A DNA stretch of 57,235 nucleotides from Salinivirgaceae bacterium (GTDB lineage: Bacteria; Bacteroidota; Bacteroidia; Bacteroidales; Salinivirgaceae). A program made the position numbers and the translations under genes. Shown piece after piece: positions 9,052-21,494 of this stretch; positions within the stretch are counted from its first letter, which is position 1, and the number at the start of each line of letters is the position of its first letter. Where the stretch lies: positions 1-57,235 of the forward strand of contig PKTE01000057.1 in NCBI GenBank assembly GCA_002869335.1, in the 5' to 3' direction. The notes under the pieces were generated by a model. That model had not been told where the DNA came from, did no database searches, and was given only the letters and a program-made list of their open reading frames with translations.

Positions 9052-10334
9052 TGTAAAATAGCATATTCAGCCGGAACAACCTTGTAGATCTTATCATTCC
9101 GTCGCACAACTTTTGGTACCGGGACACTTACAAAAGTACCTTGAGGAGCATGATCTACCGGCTTTAGTTCTAACCTTATTTCATCCACCTCTTTCTCAAT
9201 AGTTCCGGTAGTTGGACCAATAATCAAAATTTTATCTCCCACCTTTAAATCGTTGGCTTCTAATTTAAATTCTGCCACCCCAATTTTTGAGAAATAATTG
9301 GTGGTTTTACCAACTAATACTTTTCGCTCTGTTGCCTGTGAACCATAAATATGACTCCACTCGCCCATTTTTTGGCCCAAATAATAACCATCCCAAAATC
9401 CACGATTGAATACTTTACCTAAATCCTTCATCCAACCATCAATCAATTGTTGATTAAAAGTCCCAGCCTCCACAGCCCTTACAGCCTCATCGTAAGCCTT
9501 TACAACCGCTTTCACATATTCGGGAGAGCGGGCGCGCCCTTCAATTTTTAAAACAGAAACACCGGCATCCAATATTTTATTTAAAAAGCCAATAGTGCAC
9601 AAGTCTTTAGGTGACATGAGGTATTCGTTATCTACTTCAATCTCATAGCCACTCTCGTTGTCTGTAAGTGTATATGAGCGTCTACATGTTTGCATGCATG
9701 CACCACGATTTGCACTGGCATTAAACTCATGAAGACTCAAATAACATTTTCCGGAAATAGCCATACACAAAGCGCCATGCACAAATATTTCAATACGCAT
9801 TGGTTTACCACTAGGGCCCGTAATATTTTGCTGTTCAATTTGCCTAATAATTTCAGCAGTCTGATTAAGGTTTAACTCTCTGGCCAAAACAGCCACATCA
9901 ACAAATTGCGAAAAAAACCTTAAGGATTGTACATTGCTGATATTTAGCTGAGTAGAAGCATGTACCTCCAAACCAATTTCACGGGCATACATCAATGCAG
10001 CCATATCGGAAACAATAACAGCTGAAATATTTGCCTCTTTTGCCTTATCCATTAATATTTGAGTCGCCTTCAAATCATGGTCGTACAGGACTGTGTTAAC
10101 CGTCAAATATGACTGCACGCCTTGCTTTTCGCACCGGGAAACTATCTCGGGCAAATCATTCATCGTGAAATTCACTGATGAATGAGCGCGCATATTCAAA
10201 TGCCCCACACCAAAGTACACAGCGTCAGCACCAGCGTCAATGGCAGTTTGCAGACTTTCAAAATTGCCTGCAGGAGCCATTATCTCAATGTCTTTCCGCT
10301 TTATTTTGCGATTATATGTAACAATATTATTCAT
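9048..10334 (-). CDS. Peptidase U32 family Fe-S protein (TrhP/RlhA-like RNA hydroxylation family)
   Basis: EIMAPAG, GADAVYFG, HASTQ, FVHGALCMAISGKC...NRGACMQTCRRSY, LKIEGRAR, C-terminal beta-barrel. Confidence 0.9.
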   Translation of the reverse strand: MNNIVTYNRKIKRKDIEIMAPAGNFESLQTAIDAGADAVYFGVGHLNMRAHSSVNFTMNDLPEIVSRCEKQGVQSYLTVNTVLYDHDLKATQILMDKAKEANISAVIVSDMAALMYAREIGLEVHASTQLNISNVQSLRFFSQFVDVAVLARELNLNQTAEIIRQIEQQNITGPSGKPMRIEIFVHGALCMAISGKCYLSLHEFNASANRGACMQTCRRSYTLTDNESGYEIEVDNEYLMSPKDLCTIGFLNKILDAGVSVLKIEGRARSPEYVKAVVKAYDEAVRAVEAGTFNQQLIDGWMKDLGKVFNRGFWDGYYLGQKMGEWSHIYGSQATERKVLVGKTTNYFSKIGVAEFKLEANDLKVGDKILIIGPTTGTIEKEVDEIRLELKPVDHAPQGTFVSVPVPKVVRRNDKIYKVVPAEYAILQ

Positions 10335-11328
10335 TCAAATTCCAATAATAATTCAGTTGGCTAACAATTATTTTGTCGTCTTGTTGCAGCATGCAATTAA
10401 AATGCCTTTTAGGGCACTTTTCATAGCCAATTTTTGAACAAGGCCTACATTTAAGACCCCTTACCTCGGCCATATAAAAACGATCGCTATTCTGAGGCAT
10501 ATACGGATACATTCCCAATTGAGGAGTTGTATTTCCCCAAACACTTACAATTGGTTTTTTATAAGCTGCTGCAATATGCATCATTCCGGTATCAGGTGTT
10601 AAAATAACTTTCGCATTTTTAATTAAAAGAGCCGATCCATCGAGGGACACCTTTCCGCATGCATTTTGAACTGGTACAGCCAACTTCTCCTTAAGTAATT
10701 CAGCTAACGTTGATTCATCGGGTCCGCCCACCAAAACCACTGGTTTGCCAAATTCGTTTAACCAGCTTACCATTTTTTCTTCCGGAATTTGTTTTGTGGC
10801 ATGATTGGCTCCTAATACCGCAACGACATAACCTTCTTCATGTGTTTTTTCTAATGAAAAATCCAACTTGTATTCTGGATCTGGAAAATAGTCTAATCCC
10901 TTTTCATCATTTTTAACATCAAATAAAGAAGTCGTTTCAAGGTATCGGTCAACTATATGTTTATCAGGCATTTTTTTGATTTTCAGCTGCACATAAATCC
11001 ACTTTTTCCAATTGAGCTTATTAAAAGAAAAAGAGACCCTACCTAGCGAACTTTTAACTCTTGCCGATCTCAAGTTCTTATGCAAATCAATAACGTAGTC
11101 AAATTCCGCTTCCTTTAAATCACTTATGGTTTGCTTTAAATCTCCATCAAAGACGTGTACTTTGTGAACATATGGATTATGCTCAACCAAACTACTAAAC
11201 CTTTTTTTAGTCAAATAATGAATCTCAGCACCCTTAACCTGCTGCTTAAGCATTCTTACAACTGGTGTTGTAAGCACAATATCACCTATTGAACTAAATC
11301 TAACTATTAAAAAACGTATTTGATCCAT
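10327..11328 (-). CDS. Glycosyltransferase family 9 (heptosyltransferase-like)
   Basis: RFSSIGDIVLTTP, DTGMMHIAAA, WGNT, CRPCSKIG. Confidence 0.9.
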   Translation of the reverse strand: MDQIRFLIVRFSSIGDIVLTTPVVRMLKQQVKGAEIHYLTKKRFSSLVEHNPYVHKVHVFDGDLKQTISDLKEAEFDYVIDLHKNLRSARVKSSLGRVSFSFNKLNWKKWIYVQLKIKKMPDKHIVDRYLETTSLFDVKNDEKGLDYFPDPEYKLDFSLEKTHEEGYVVAVLGANHATKQIPEEKMVSWLNEFGKPVVLVGGPDESTLAELLKEKLAVPVQNACGKVSLDGSALLIKNAKVILTPDTGMMHIAAAYKKPIVSVWGNTTPQLGMYPYMPQNSDRFYMAEVRGLKCRPCSKIGYEKCPKRHFNCMLQQDDKIIVSQLNYYWNLNE

Positions 11329-11353
11329 AATCTTTATGCTAAAATCGAGAGCA

Positions 11354-11361
11354 CAAAGGTA
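11354..11361 (-). promoter_or_regulatory. -7 promoter box TACCTTTG for the GT9-U32-ferredoxin unit
   Basis: TAnnTTTG 25 bp upstream of the ATG at 11328. Confidence 0.6.
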
Positions 11362-11454
11362 AAAAATAATAAGAAGGAAAACTTATCCACTATTGAATGA
11401 AAACAGAAATCTTATAACCGAAGAATGGGATATTATTTTTAACCTGCAAAATGA

Positions 11455-11509
11455 AATAAAAAAACCATCGCCGGGAATCTTGGCAGATTTGAAATGCCCC
11501 GACGATGGT
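11455..11509 (-). terminator. Probable intrinsic terminator after atpC
   Basis: Stem accatcgccggg / cccgacgatggt with an inner aatct-tggc-agatt hairpin, followed by a U-tract on the minus strand. Confidence 0.65.
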
Positions 11510-11541
11510 CATATAATTTATTAAGCAAATTTTAACTCATA

Positions 11542-11787
11542 TTAAATACTGATCTCTGTGAGAACAATAATTTGATTTTGTTTTACCTGAATCACTCCTC
11601 CAGGGATATCAAAAAACTCTTCTTTTCCGGCAACAGTCTTAACTTTTACTTTACCTCTAACCAATGTAGAAATAATTGGAGCGTGATTTTTCAAAACCTC
11701 AAACGTACCCTTTGCACCAGGAACTTGTATGAGATCCACATCGCCTTCAAAAAGTAATTGTTCAGGGGTTATTATTTTAAGTTGCAT
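11542..11787 (-). CDS. atpC: ATP synthase F1 epsilon subunit (short form, no C-terminal helices)
   Basis: IITPE, VPGAKGTFEVLKNHAPIISTL. Directly follows atpD. Confidence 0.95.
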   Translation of the reverse strand: MQLKIITPEQLLFEGDVDLIQVPGAKGTFEVLKNHAPIISTLVRGKVKVKTVAGKEEFFDIPGGVIQVKQNQIIVLTEISI

Positions 11788-11790
11788 AGG

Positions 11791-13305
<1,515 letters not shown>

Positions 13306-13359
13306 TTATATTTTTTCGATTTTTATAAAAGTATTTAAAGATAAAAATTAATTACCACA

Positions 13360-14337
13360 CTAGCTTTTTCGTCCGACTAAATTTTCAGCGATTTGTTTTA
13401 ATGTTTCCTTATTTTGCTCGGGAATATCTATTTTCCCAAGGTAATCAAATGCTTTATTAAAATGCTGAAGCATAAAGTCTTCGGTTATTGCCTTAATATT
13501 TAAACTGTTATAAATATCCAGCACACCCGAAATTTTTTCATCTTCTTTAATATCTTTTTTATTTATCAATGAAGTTAATTCATCCCGGTATGCTCCCTGA
13601 GCAATCTCCAATGCTTTTAACAGTAAAAAAGTCTTTTTGTTGGCGACAATATCTCCACCTATCTTTTTTCCAAAAGTTTTTAGATCTCCAAATGCGTCTA
13701 ACAGATCATCCTGGAGTTGAAATGCTAGTCCTAAATTTTCTCCAAAGCAATACATATTTTTAGCATTATCTACTGACGCACCGCCAATTATAGCTCCAAT
13801 CTGTAACGCTCCTGCCAACAAAACAGATGTCTTCAACCGAATCATTTTCATATAATCAGAAATTGTAACCTGATCATCTGTTTCAAAGTTCAAATCGTAC
13901 TGCTGGCCCTCGCAAACTTGTGTTGAGATTTTATTATAAACTTTCAGTACATCTTTTAGTTTATCAACATCTATTTTGCTTATCTCCTCACTGGCTTTAA
14001 TGATCATCAAATCTCCACTAAGAATAGCTGTGTTTACATTCCACTCCTTATGAACAGTAGGTTGATTTCTTCGAACATCTGCATGATCCATTATGTCATC
14101 ATGAATCAATGTAGAATTGTGAAAAATTTCAATAGCCAAAGCTGCTGGCATAGCATGCTCTATTTTTCCGCCAAAGGCCTCTGCGGCCATCAATAGCAAT
14201 ACCGGACGAAGTCTTTTACCACCCATTCCAAGGGTATAGGTAACCGGATCCTGCAGATTATTAGGCTCAACAGCTGGGCTATAAGCACCTAATTCTTTAT
14301 TAAAAAGCAACTGTAGTTCTTCAAAACTATGCGTCAT
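13360..14337 (-). CDS. Polyprenyl diphosphate synthase
   Basis: GGKRLRP, first aspartate-rich motif HDDIMD followed by RR, GQQYDL, KT, second motif FQLQDDLLD. Confidence 0.92.
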   Translation of the reverse strand: MTHSFEELQLLFNKELGAYSPAVEPNNLQDPVTYTLGMGGKRLRPVLLLMAAEAFGGKIEHAMPAALAIEIFHNSTLIHDDIMDHADVRRNQPTVHKEWNVNTAILSGDLMIIKASEEISKIDVDKLKDVLKVYNKISTQVCEGQQYDLNFETDDQVTISDYMKMIRLKTSVLLAGALQIGAIIGGASVDNAKNMYCFGENLGLAFQLQDDLLDAFGDLKTFGKKIGGDIVANKKTFLLLKALEIAQGAYRDELTSLINKKDIKEDEKISGVLDIYNSLNIKAITEDFMLQHFNKAFDYLGKIDIPEQNKETLKQIAENLVGRKS

Positions 14338-15278
14338 TTCTTTTTGTTTTCGTATAAACCCAAATTTAAAATCTTCTGAAGGCCTTCCTTAAGTGGAATT
14401 AAATCTCTATTTAATATTGCTACCATTTCAGTATTATCAGGTCTGCGTCGTTTCATATCTCCCTCTTTTAATGGTGGCAAATATTCAATTTTTGATTTAC
14501 TTCCTGTAAGTTCAATAATTGTTTCCGCTAACTCATTAATAGTAATCTCTCTGCTTCCACCAATATTAATAACATCATTTACCACTTTGTCTTCATAAAA
14601 AGCTTTCAATGTTGTGTCTACATTATCATCTACGTAGCAGAAAGTTCGGGTTTGGGTACCATCACCATAAATTGTAATGTCCTTGTTTTTAAAAGCACTA
14701 ATCAAGAACTTACTAATTACAAAATCAATAGACTGCTTTGGTCCGTAAGTATTAAAGAATCGGAATATTGTATAATTCAAGCCATATTCTTTGCAATAAC
14801 TTCTGCAAAAAGCTTCTCCAACATTTTTTACAATTGCATAAGGCAACCTGGAGTTTAATGGTGTTGTATATACGTTTTGTGGAATTTCCACAGGTTCTCC
14901 ATAAATCTCCGATGATGATGAAAAGAATACGCGTTTTACACCTGTATTTTTGGAAAGATCGAGTATGTTTTTGATTCCATCTATATCCTTGAGCACTTTT
15001 ACAGGATATTCTTGCGTTCTCTGAACTCCTACCACAGCTGCATAATGAAACACATAATCAAACTGAAAAGCAAGCATTATTTCAGAAATATCACGATATT
15101 CATTTACATCACATTTGATAAATTTCCAGTTTTTCCTTACTGGACTAGGTAATTTACCGGTGTCTCCTGTTGAAAGGTCGTCAACAATTACAACGAAATT
15201 ATTCTCGTCAATAATTAACTTTTCAGCTAAAACACTACCAATAAACCCTGCACCTCCGGTAATTAATATTTTATTCAT
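14334..15278 (-). CDS. NAD-dependent epimerase/dehydratase (extended SDR, nucleotide-sugar enzyme)
   Basis: TGGAGFIGS, SSSEIYG, YAIVK, RFFNTYGP, GDGTQTRTFCYVDD. Confidence 0.92.
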   Translation of the reverse strand: MNKILITGGAGFIGSVLAEKLIIDENNFVVIVDDLSTGDTGKLPSPVRKNWKFIKCDVNEYRDISEIMLAFQFDYVFHYAAVVGVQRTQEYPVKVLKDIDGIKNILDLSKNTGVKRVFFSSSSEIYGEPVEIPQNVYTTPLNSRLPYAIVKNVGEAFCRSYCKEYGLNYTIFRFFNTYGPKQSIDFVISKFLISAFKNKDITIYGDGTQTRTFCYVDDNVDTTLKAFYEDKVVNDVINIGGSREITINELAETIIELTGSKSKIEYLPPLKEGDMKRRRPDNTEMVAILNRDLIPLKEGLQKILNLGLYENKKK

Positions 15279-15382
15279 AGACTACAGTTATATAGCAAGC
15301 CATAGAAACGGCTTAGTTGGTTAAAATATCGATATAAAATATCTATATCGAAATTAAATAATTCATACATCAAAAACAACAC

Positions 15383-17788
15383 TTATTCTACCCGATTATC
15401 AGAAATTTTACGACCTTCTACTTTTAAGTCATCAAGTTCAATTTCTTCGTCCTCTTCATAGTAGTGAATAAACGGTTCTCTGAAGGCACGAGTTGTAATC
15501 ATTTTTTCAAGTGTCATCAATAAGGTTGGTAGTATTATCAGATTAGAGAACATTGCAAACAACAAGGTAAGTGAAACCAGTATACCAAGCGCTTGTGTAC
15601 CTCCAAATTCAGAAGCGGAGAAAATTGAAAACCCAAAAAACAATACAATACTGGTATACATCATACTTACACCAGTTTCTTTTATTGCTGCTGTTACTGC
15701 CTTTGAAATATTCCAGTTGTGTAAGGTTAACTCCTGACGGTATTTAGCCAGGAAGTGAATGGTATCATCCACAGAAATACCAAAAGCAATGCTAAATATT
15801 AATATCGTACTTACTTTAATTGGGATTCCAAAATAACCCATAATTGCTGCAGTTAGCAACAATGGAATAAAGTTTGGAATCAATGAAATAACCACCATTT
15901 TCCAACTATAGAACATAAACGACATAAATATGCCAATCAGCACAATAGCAATAGCCAACGAAACAAATAGGTTTCGAATAAGATATCTGGTTCCTTTAGA
16001 ATAGATTATACTGGCTCAGGTAATTATCACGTCATATTGATCTGGAGAAAAAATTTGATCTACCTCCTTTCGCACATCTGCTTTGAGCTTTTCCATCTCT
16101 TTAGTACCAATGTCTTTCACATTCATACTAATCCGGGTAATTTGACGCGCTGTATCAACAAACGAATTTAACAAACTATCGCTTTTTTCGGCATCTTCAA
16201 GATACCGGGCTATTCTAACACGTTCTCGTTCTACGGGCAATTTATACCTTTTGGGGCTTCCTCCTCTATATGCCTGCCTCAAGAATTTTGCAGCATCAGC
16301 TACCGACATTGATTTGCTAAATTCATCATAACTTTCCAAACGGGTTTGAAGCGTATCTATTCTTTTAAGTGTTTTCAAATCAAACACCCCATTTTTTTCA
16401 CGGGTATCAATCATAACCTCAAAAGGAATAACACCTCCAAGTTCTTCCTGAAAAAACACTAAATCACGATACATTGGATCATCATGTGGAATATCATCAA
16501 TCATGTACCCCGTAGTATGCATCTGAGTAATTCCAACTCCTATAACCAACAATACTGCACCTGCAGTATAATATACTTTGGGCCTATGATTAGCCACTAT
16601 ATTAACCAACATGTTAATTAGCTTATTAACCAACTTATTATCAAGGTGCTTAATGTGCTTGCGTCTTGGTGGTGGCAAGAAGCTGAAAATAATTGGAATC
16701 ATGGTAATGGCTAGCAAGAATACTCCAATAATGTTGATTGACGCCAGTATACCAAACTCCACCAGGATATTACTTGATGTTAAAATAAAAGTGGCAAATC
16801 CAGATGCTGTAGTAAGGTTAGTCAGAAAAATAGCATTTCCAACTTTGAAAATTACTCTTTGAAGTGCTTTTATTTTATTTCCATGCTTTTTATACTCAGC
16901 ATGATATTTATTGAGCAAAAATATACTATTGGGAACACCAATTACGATCAACAAGGGCGGAATCATCCCCGTAAGAATGGTAATTTCAAAGTTAAACAGT
17001 TTGAGTAAACCAAAAGACCAGACAGCCCCAATGGCCACAACTAATAATGAAAAGAAAACCACTTTAAGTGATCGGAAAAACAAGTATAGAATAACTGCAG
17101 TAACAATAAATGCTAGCACCATAAACATGGCAAGCTCAGCCTTAATCTTTTTAGAAATTTCAGTTCTGACATATGGAAGCCCAGAATACTCTAGACTTAC
17201 ATTATATTTTTCAGCAAACTTATTTGCTTCGTGGTGAATTGAATCAACAACATCTAATCTCAGTTTTGTGTTAAGCACCTCTTTACCAAGCGACACTGCC
17301 ATCAAATAAGTATGAGAAGTATCATTATAGAGTAGGCCTTTATAAAATGGAAGACTTTTGAAAACCTCTGCTAAGCTGTCAAGCTCTTCTTGTGTTTGAA
17401 CAGTATCAGGAAAAACCTTTTTGGTAATAAATTGGCGGCTACTATGTTTTGCCTTAATATTTACTACTTTACCAACAGATAAAACCTCTGTAATTCCGTA
17501 TATGTCTTCTATTTCATCTCCCAAACTCTGCCAGGCATTGAATTTTTCAAGCTGGAAAAAATCCGGGTCTTTAACGCCAATTACAAAAACGTTAGCTCCC
17601 TCTCCAAAAATATCTTTAAAATATAGGTGCTCCAGGTTAGTGGTATCACTCTCGGGCAACATTTGTGCATACTCATAAGACATTTTAGCATCTTTTCCTT
17701 TCCATGCTAAAAATCCGGTAAATAGGGCAATAATAACTAAAAGAGTTGTCCGGTTCCTAAGAATAATTCTCGCAATACGAATCCACAT
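15383..17788 (-). pseudogene. MMPL/RND-superfamily transporter interrupted by one in-frame TGA (16016-16018); about 801 codons if read through
   Basis: ORFs 16016..17788 and 15383..15958 share a frame (..ATT ACC TGA GCC AGT ATA..). Two TM repeats, SGLPYVR, GISVDDTIHF. The stop sits where Gly is expected and may be a sequence error. Confidence 0.8.
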
Positions 17789-17804
17789 TGAAATCTATTT
17801 TTGG

Positions 17805-17812
17805 CAAAAATA
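17805..17812 (-). promoter_or_regulatory. -7 promoter box TATTTTTG for the MMPL gene
   Basis: TAnnTTTG 16 bp upstream of the ATG at 17788. Confidence 0.55.
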
Positions 17813-17832
17813 CACTTTAAACAGAGATAAAC

Positions 17833-17864
17833 AAAAAACGGCATACACTCTTATGTATGCCGTT
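17833..17864 (-). terminator. Intrinsic terminator after atpG
   Basis: Perfect 11-bp stem aacggcataca / tgtatgccgtt plus a U-tract on the minus strand. Confidence 0.85.
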
Positions 17865-17881
17865 CGTCTATTTTTTTTATA

Positions 17882-18760
17882 TTATTTTCCAAGAGCATTA
17901 GCTCCACTAACAATTTCAGTAATTTCATTTGTAATAGCAGCCTGTCTTGCTTTATTGTAATTAAGCGTAAGCTCATTGATAAGATCACTGGCGTTATCTG
18001 TTGCCTTATGCATTGCTGTCATTCGCGCACCATGTTCTGATGCCAAAGAATCTAGCATAGCACTGTGAAATGATATTTGTAAAATTCGAGGCATTAAATC
18101 CTGGATAATCTCCCCGGCACTTGGCTCCATTAAATAATTTGGATCTGAATGTTTTTCTGAATCTTCTTCGATTTTTACTGGCAAAAAATCTTCACGTGTG
18201 GCATACTGAACTCCTGCATTTTTGAACGCATTATAAAAAACTACAACGCGGTCAAACTCCTGATTAGTAAATCGCTGCATTAAATCGCCTGATAATTCAG
18301 AGGAGTTTGCAAAATTGGCATTCTCTAATAAATCATCTGCATTGCGCCACACAGAAAATCCTTCACGTCGTATTATTTCATCAGCTTTTTTGCCAATGGT
18401 TAAAAACTGGACTTTTCCTGCTTTTAATAAATTCTGATATTGCTCTTTCACAAAAGTTATAGCTGCTTTTGCAATTTTATAATTGAATGCTCCGCATAAA
18501 CCCTTATTAGAAGAAAATACAACCACTAATAATTTATTTACTTCGCGCTCTTCAATCAATGCACTGGAAATATCATCGCCGGCAGCTGATGAAATTTCTG
18601 CTGCAACCTTATGCAATTGGTCGGTATACGGACGAATTTTGATAATAGCATCTTGTGCCTTTCTGAGCTTTGCAGCCGACACCATTTTCATAGCAGAAGT
18701 CACCTGCCTGGTGTTTTTTACAGAAGCAATTCGTGTACGTATTTCCTTTAAATTAGCCAT
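17882..18760 (-). CDS. atpG: ATP synthase F1 gamma subunit
   Basis: QVTSAMKMVSAAKL, KGLCGAFN, SEHGARMTAM, RQAAITNEITEIVSGA. Confidence 0.98.
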   Translation of the reverse strand: MANLKEIRTRIASVKNTRQVTSAMKMVSAAKLRKAQDAIIKIRPYTDQLHKVAAEISSAAGDDISSALIEEREVNKLLVVVFSSNKGLCGAFNYKIAKAAITFVKEQYQNLLKAGKVQFLTIGKKADEIIRREGFSVWRNADDLLENANFANSSELSGDLMQRFTNQEFDRVVVFYNAFKNAGVQYATREDFLPVKIEEDSEKHSDPNYLMEPSAGEIIQDLMPRILQISFHSAMLDSLASEHGARMTAMHKATDNASDLINELTLNYNKARQAAITNEITEIVSGANALGK

Positions 18761-18796
18761 AAATCAGCATATTTTATATTTATTCAGAATAGTAAC

Positions 18797-20377
18797 CTAT
18801 TCTACATATTTATCAGCAACATCTTTTGCCACCTTTGTCATAGTCTCTTTAGCCTCATCTGATAAATTGCCGGCACGCAAATCATCAAGCGTGCTCTTGA
18901 ATTGAGTCTCCATCATATTTAAATAATCTGAGGCAAACTTTTTAACCTTATCTACAGGTACTTTATTGATCAATCCATTTGTACCTACAAAAACTAGGGC
19001 AACCTGTTGCTCAACTCGGTAGGCGTTATATTGCGGCTGCTTTAACAATTCCACATTACGTTTACCTTTATCAAGCACTGCTTGTGTTGTAGCATCGAGG
19101 TCTGAACCAAATTTGGAGAATGCCTCCAACTCACGATACTGAGCAAGGTCAATCTTCAATGTTCCGGCAACCTTCTTCATTGACTTAATTTGAGCACTAC
19201 CCCCCACACGTGATACTGAAATACCAACGTTAATAGCAGGACGCACACCTGAAAGGAATAAGTCTGACTCAAGGAATATCTGCCCATCAGTAATTGAAAT
19301 TACGTTGGTTGGAATATATGCAGAAACGTCACCCGCTTGTGTTTCAATAATAGGCAAGGCTGTTAAACTACCACCTCCCTTAACTTTATCTCTGATGCTA
19401 TCAGGTAGGTCGTTCATGTTCTTAGCAACCTCATCTGATTCAATAATTTTAGCTGCGCGCTCCAATAATCTTGAGTGCAGATAAAACACATCACCTGGAT
19501 AGGCCTCACGACCAGGAGGACGACGAAGTAAGAGTGAAACCTCTCGATATGAAACGGCTTGTTTCGACAAATCATCATAAATCACCAAAGCATGACGTCC
19601 TGTATCACGGAAATACTCCCCAATTGCAGCACCTGCCATAGGAGCATAAAACTGCAATGCAGCAGGGTCTGCAGCGTTTGCGGCTACAATTACCGTGTAA
19701 TCCATTGCACCATATTTCTCTAAAGTTGCTGCAACATTAGCAACGGTGGACCCTTTTTGTCCAATGGCTACATAAATACAATATACGGGCTCACCTTTAT
19801 CGAAATTTTCTTTTTGATTAATAATAGTATCAATCGCAACGGCAGTTTTTCCTGTTTGACGATCACCAATGATCAACTCACGTTGTCCACGACCAATTGG
19901 AATCATTGAATCAATCGCAATTAAACCTGTTTGCAATGGCATTTTTACAGGCTGACGGAATATTACACCGGGTGCTTTCCGTTCCAAAGGCATCTCAAAA
20001 GTTTCACCTCCAATTTCCCCCTTACCATCTAAAGGCTCTCCAATGGTATTTACAATACGGCCAAGCATTTGCTCTCCCACATTAATAGAAGCAATACGCT
20101 CTGTTCTTTTCACAATATCGCCCTCTTTAATGTCTCCAGTAGACCCCATAAGTACAACCCCAACATTATCCTCCTCAAGGTTAAGTACCATACCTTTTGT
20201 GCCGTTTGCAAACTCTACAAGTTCGTTGGCTTTTACATTCTGAAGACCATATACACGTGATATACCATCACCAATAGTTAGCACTGTACCAACATCTTCA
20301 AATCCTGTTTCCGAGCTAATGCCCGCGATTTCTTTTTTTAGAATTTCCGAAATTTCGGCAGGTTTAATTTCAGCCAT
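18797..20377 (-). CDS. atpA: ATP synthase F1 alpha subunit
   Basis: [44 protein letters not shown]. Confidence 0.99.
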   Translation of the reverse strand: MAEIKPAEISEILKKEIAGISSETGFEDVGTVLTIGDGISRVYGLQNVKANELVEFANGTKGMVLNLEEDNVGVVLMGSTGDIKEGDIVKRTERIASINVGEQMLGRIVNTIGEPLDGKGEIGGETFEMPLERKAPGVIFRQPVKMPLQTGLIAIDSMIPIGRGQRELIIGDRQTGKTAVAIDTIINQKENFDKGEPVYCIYVAIGQKGSTVANVAATLEKYGAMDYTVIVAANAADPAALQFYAPMAGAAIGEYFRDTGRHALVIYDDLSKQAVSYREVSLLLRRPPGREAYPGDVFYLHSRLLERAAKIIESDEVAKNMNDLPDSIRDKVKGGGSLTALPIIETQAGDVSAYIPTNVISITDGQIFLESDLFLSGVRPAINVGISVSRVGGSAQIKSMKKVAGTLKIDLAQYRELEAFSKFGSDLDATTQAVLDKGKRNVELLKQPQYNAYRVEQQVALVFVGTNGLINKVPVDKVKKFASDYLNMMETQFKSTLDDLRAGNLSDEAKETMTKVAKDVADKYVE

Positions 20378-20397
20378 TGTATTTGAGATTTAGATTT

Positions 20398-20934
20398 CTA
20401 ATTTGATAATTGTTTTTTGATGGATTTCAACTGACCACTTACAGAAGCATCTAGCTGACTATCATCAACTTTTAGTATAAATCCACCTATCAACTCACTA
20501 TTAATTTTTGTGTGAATTTCACTTTTTTTACCGGAACGATTATTAAGCATTTTCTCAATTTCAGCAACCAAAGCCGCATCCATCTCATATGCCGTTGTTA
20601 TATGAACCTCCTGAATATTAGCATGCTCCTGATACATTCTTATAAATGCTCGTGCAATATCAGGTAAATATTCTTCACGACTTTTTGATATCAAAACATT
20701 TAAGAAATTCAATACCTGAACATCTACTTTCCCATCAAACAACTTCTTAAATAGTGCTTTCTTTTTACTATTACTAATTACTGGATTACTAATTACAAAA
20801 CGAAAGTTCTCATCTTGATTATAAAGGTTTAGTAAGCCTTTTAAATCAGATGCAAAGTCTTGTTGTTTTTTATTTTCCAGACCTAGTTGAAAAAAAGCCT
20901 TTGCATATCGCCGCGCAATTATGCTATCGTTCAT
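20398..20934 (-). CDS. atpH: ATP synthase F1 delta subunit
   Basis: IARRYAKA, LIGGFILKVDDSQLDASV, operon position. Confidence 0.95.
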   Translation of the reverse strand: MNDSIIARRYAKAFFQLGLENKKQQDFASDLKGLLNLYNQDENFRFVISNPVISNSKKKALFKKLFDGKVDVQVLNFLNVLISKSREEYLPDIARAFIRMYQEHANIQEVHITTAYEMDAALVAEIEKMLNNRSGKKSEIHTKINSELIGGFILKVDDSQLDASVSGQLKSIKKQLSN

Positions 20935-20973
20935 ACAGTTTATTTTTAAGTGTAATCAAAACGATACACGTAA

Positions 20974-21468
20974 TTAATTCTTTTTAATGTCGTTAAGATA
21001 CTTTTCAGCCACCTCTTTTTGCTTATCCTTATCCTGAAGTTCCTTACGGAGTATTTTCTCTGCAATTTCAACAGAATAGGAAACAATTTCATTTTTCATT
21101 TCAGCAAAAGCCGCTTCGCGCTCAGCACTAATTTCTTTTCGTGCTTTCTCAATCATTCTGTTTGCCTCATCTTTGGCACTTTCTCTAGCTTCACTGATTA
21201 TCTTTGTCTGGGTTTCTTTTGCTTCTTTTAAAAGGGATTCACGCTCTAGCTTTGCTTCTTTAACCAACACCTCATTTTTCTCTTCTAATTTTTGCATCTC
21301 TTTACGAGCATTGTCAGCAGAATTTAGGGCCTGCTCAATAGATTTATCCCTTTCATTCAACATGTTCATAATTGGCTTCCATGCAAACTTTCGCAGGATA
21401 AAGAAAACAGCCAAAAACGATAAGAAGGTCCAAAATATTACCCCTATTTCAGGCATTATTATTTCCAT
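20974..21468 (-). CDS. atpF: ATP synthase Fo subunit b
   Basis: N-terminal TM helix, KFAWKPI, long coiled coil. Confidence 0.95.
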   Translation of the reverse strand: MEIIMPEIGVIFWTFLSFLAVFFILRKFAWKPIMNMLNERDKSIEQALNSADNARKEMQKLEEKNEVLVKEAKLERESLLKEAKETQTKIISEARESAKDEANRMIEKARKEISAEREAAFAEMKNEIVSYSVEIAEKILRKELQDKDKQKEVAEKYLNDIKKN

Positions 21469-21494
21469 AATTCAACTTTTAAAAGTTTTTGAAA

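Noticed and set aside
11542-11787. Truncated epsilon subunit as a pseudogene
   Set aside because: A short epsilon without the C-terminal helices is normal for Bacteroidota, and a terminator follows directly.
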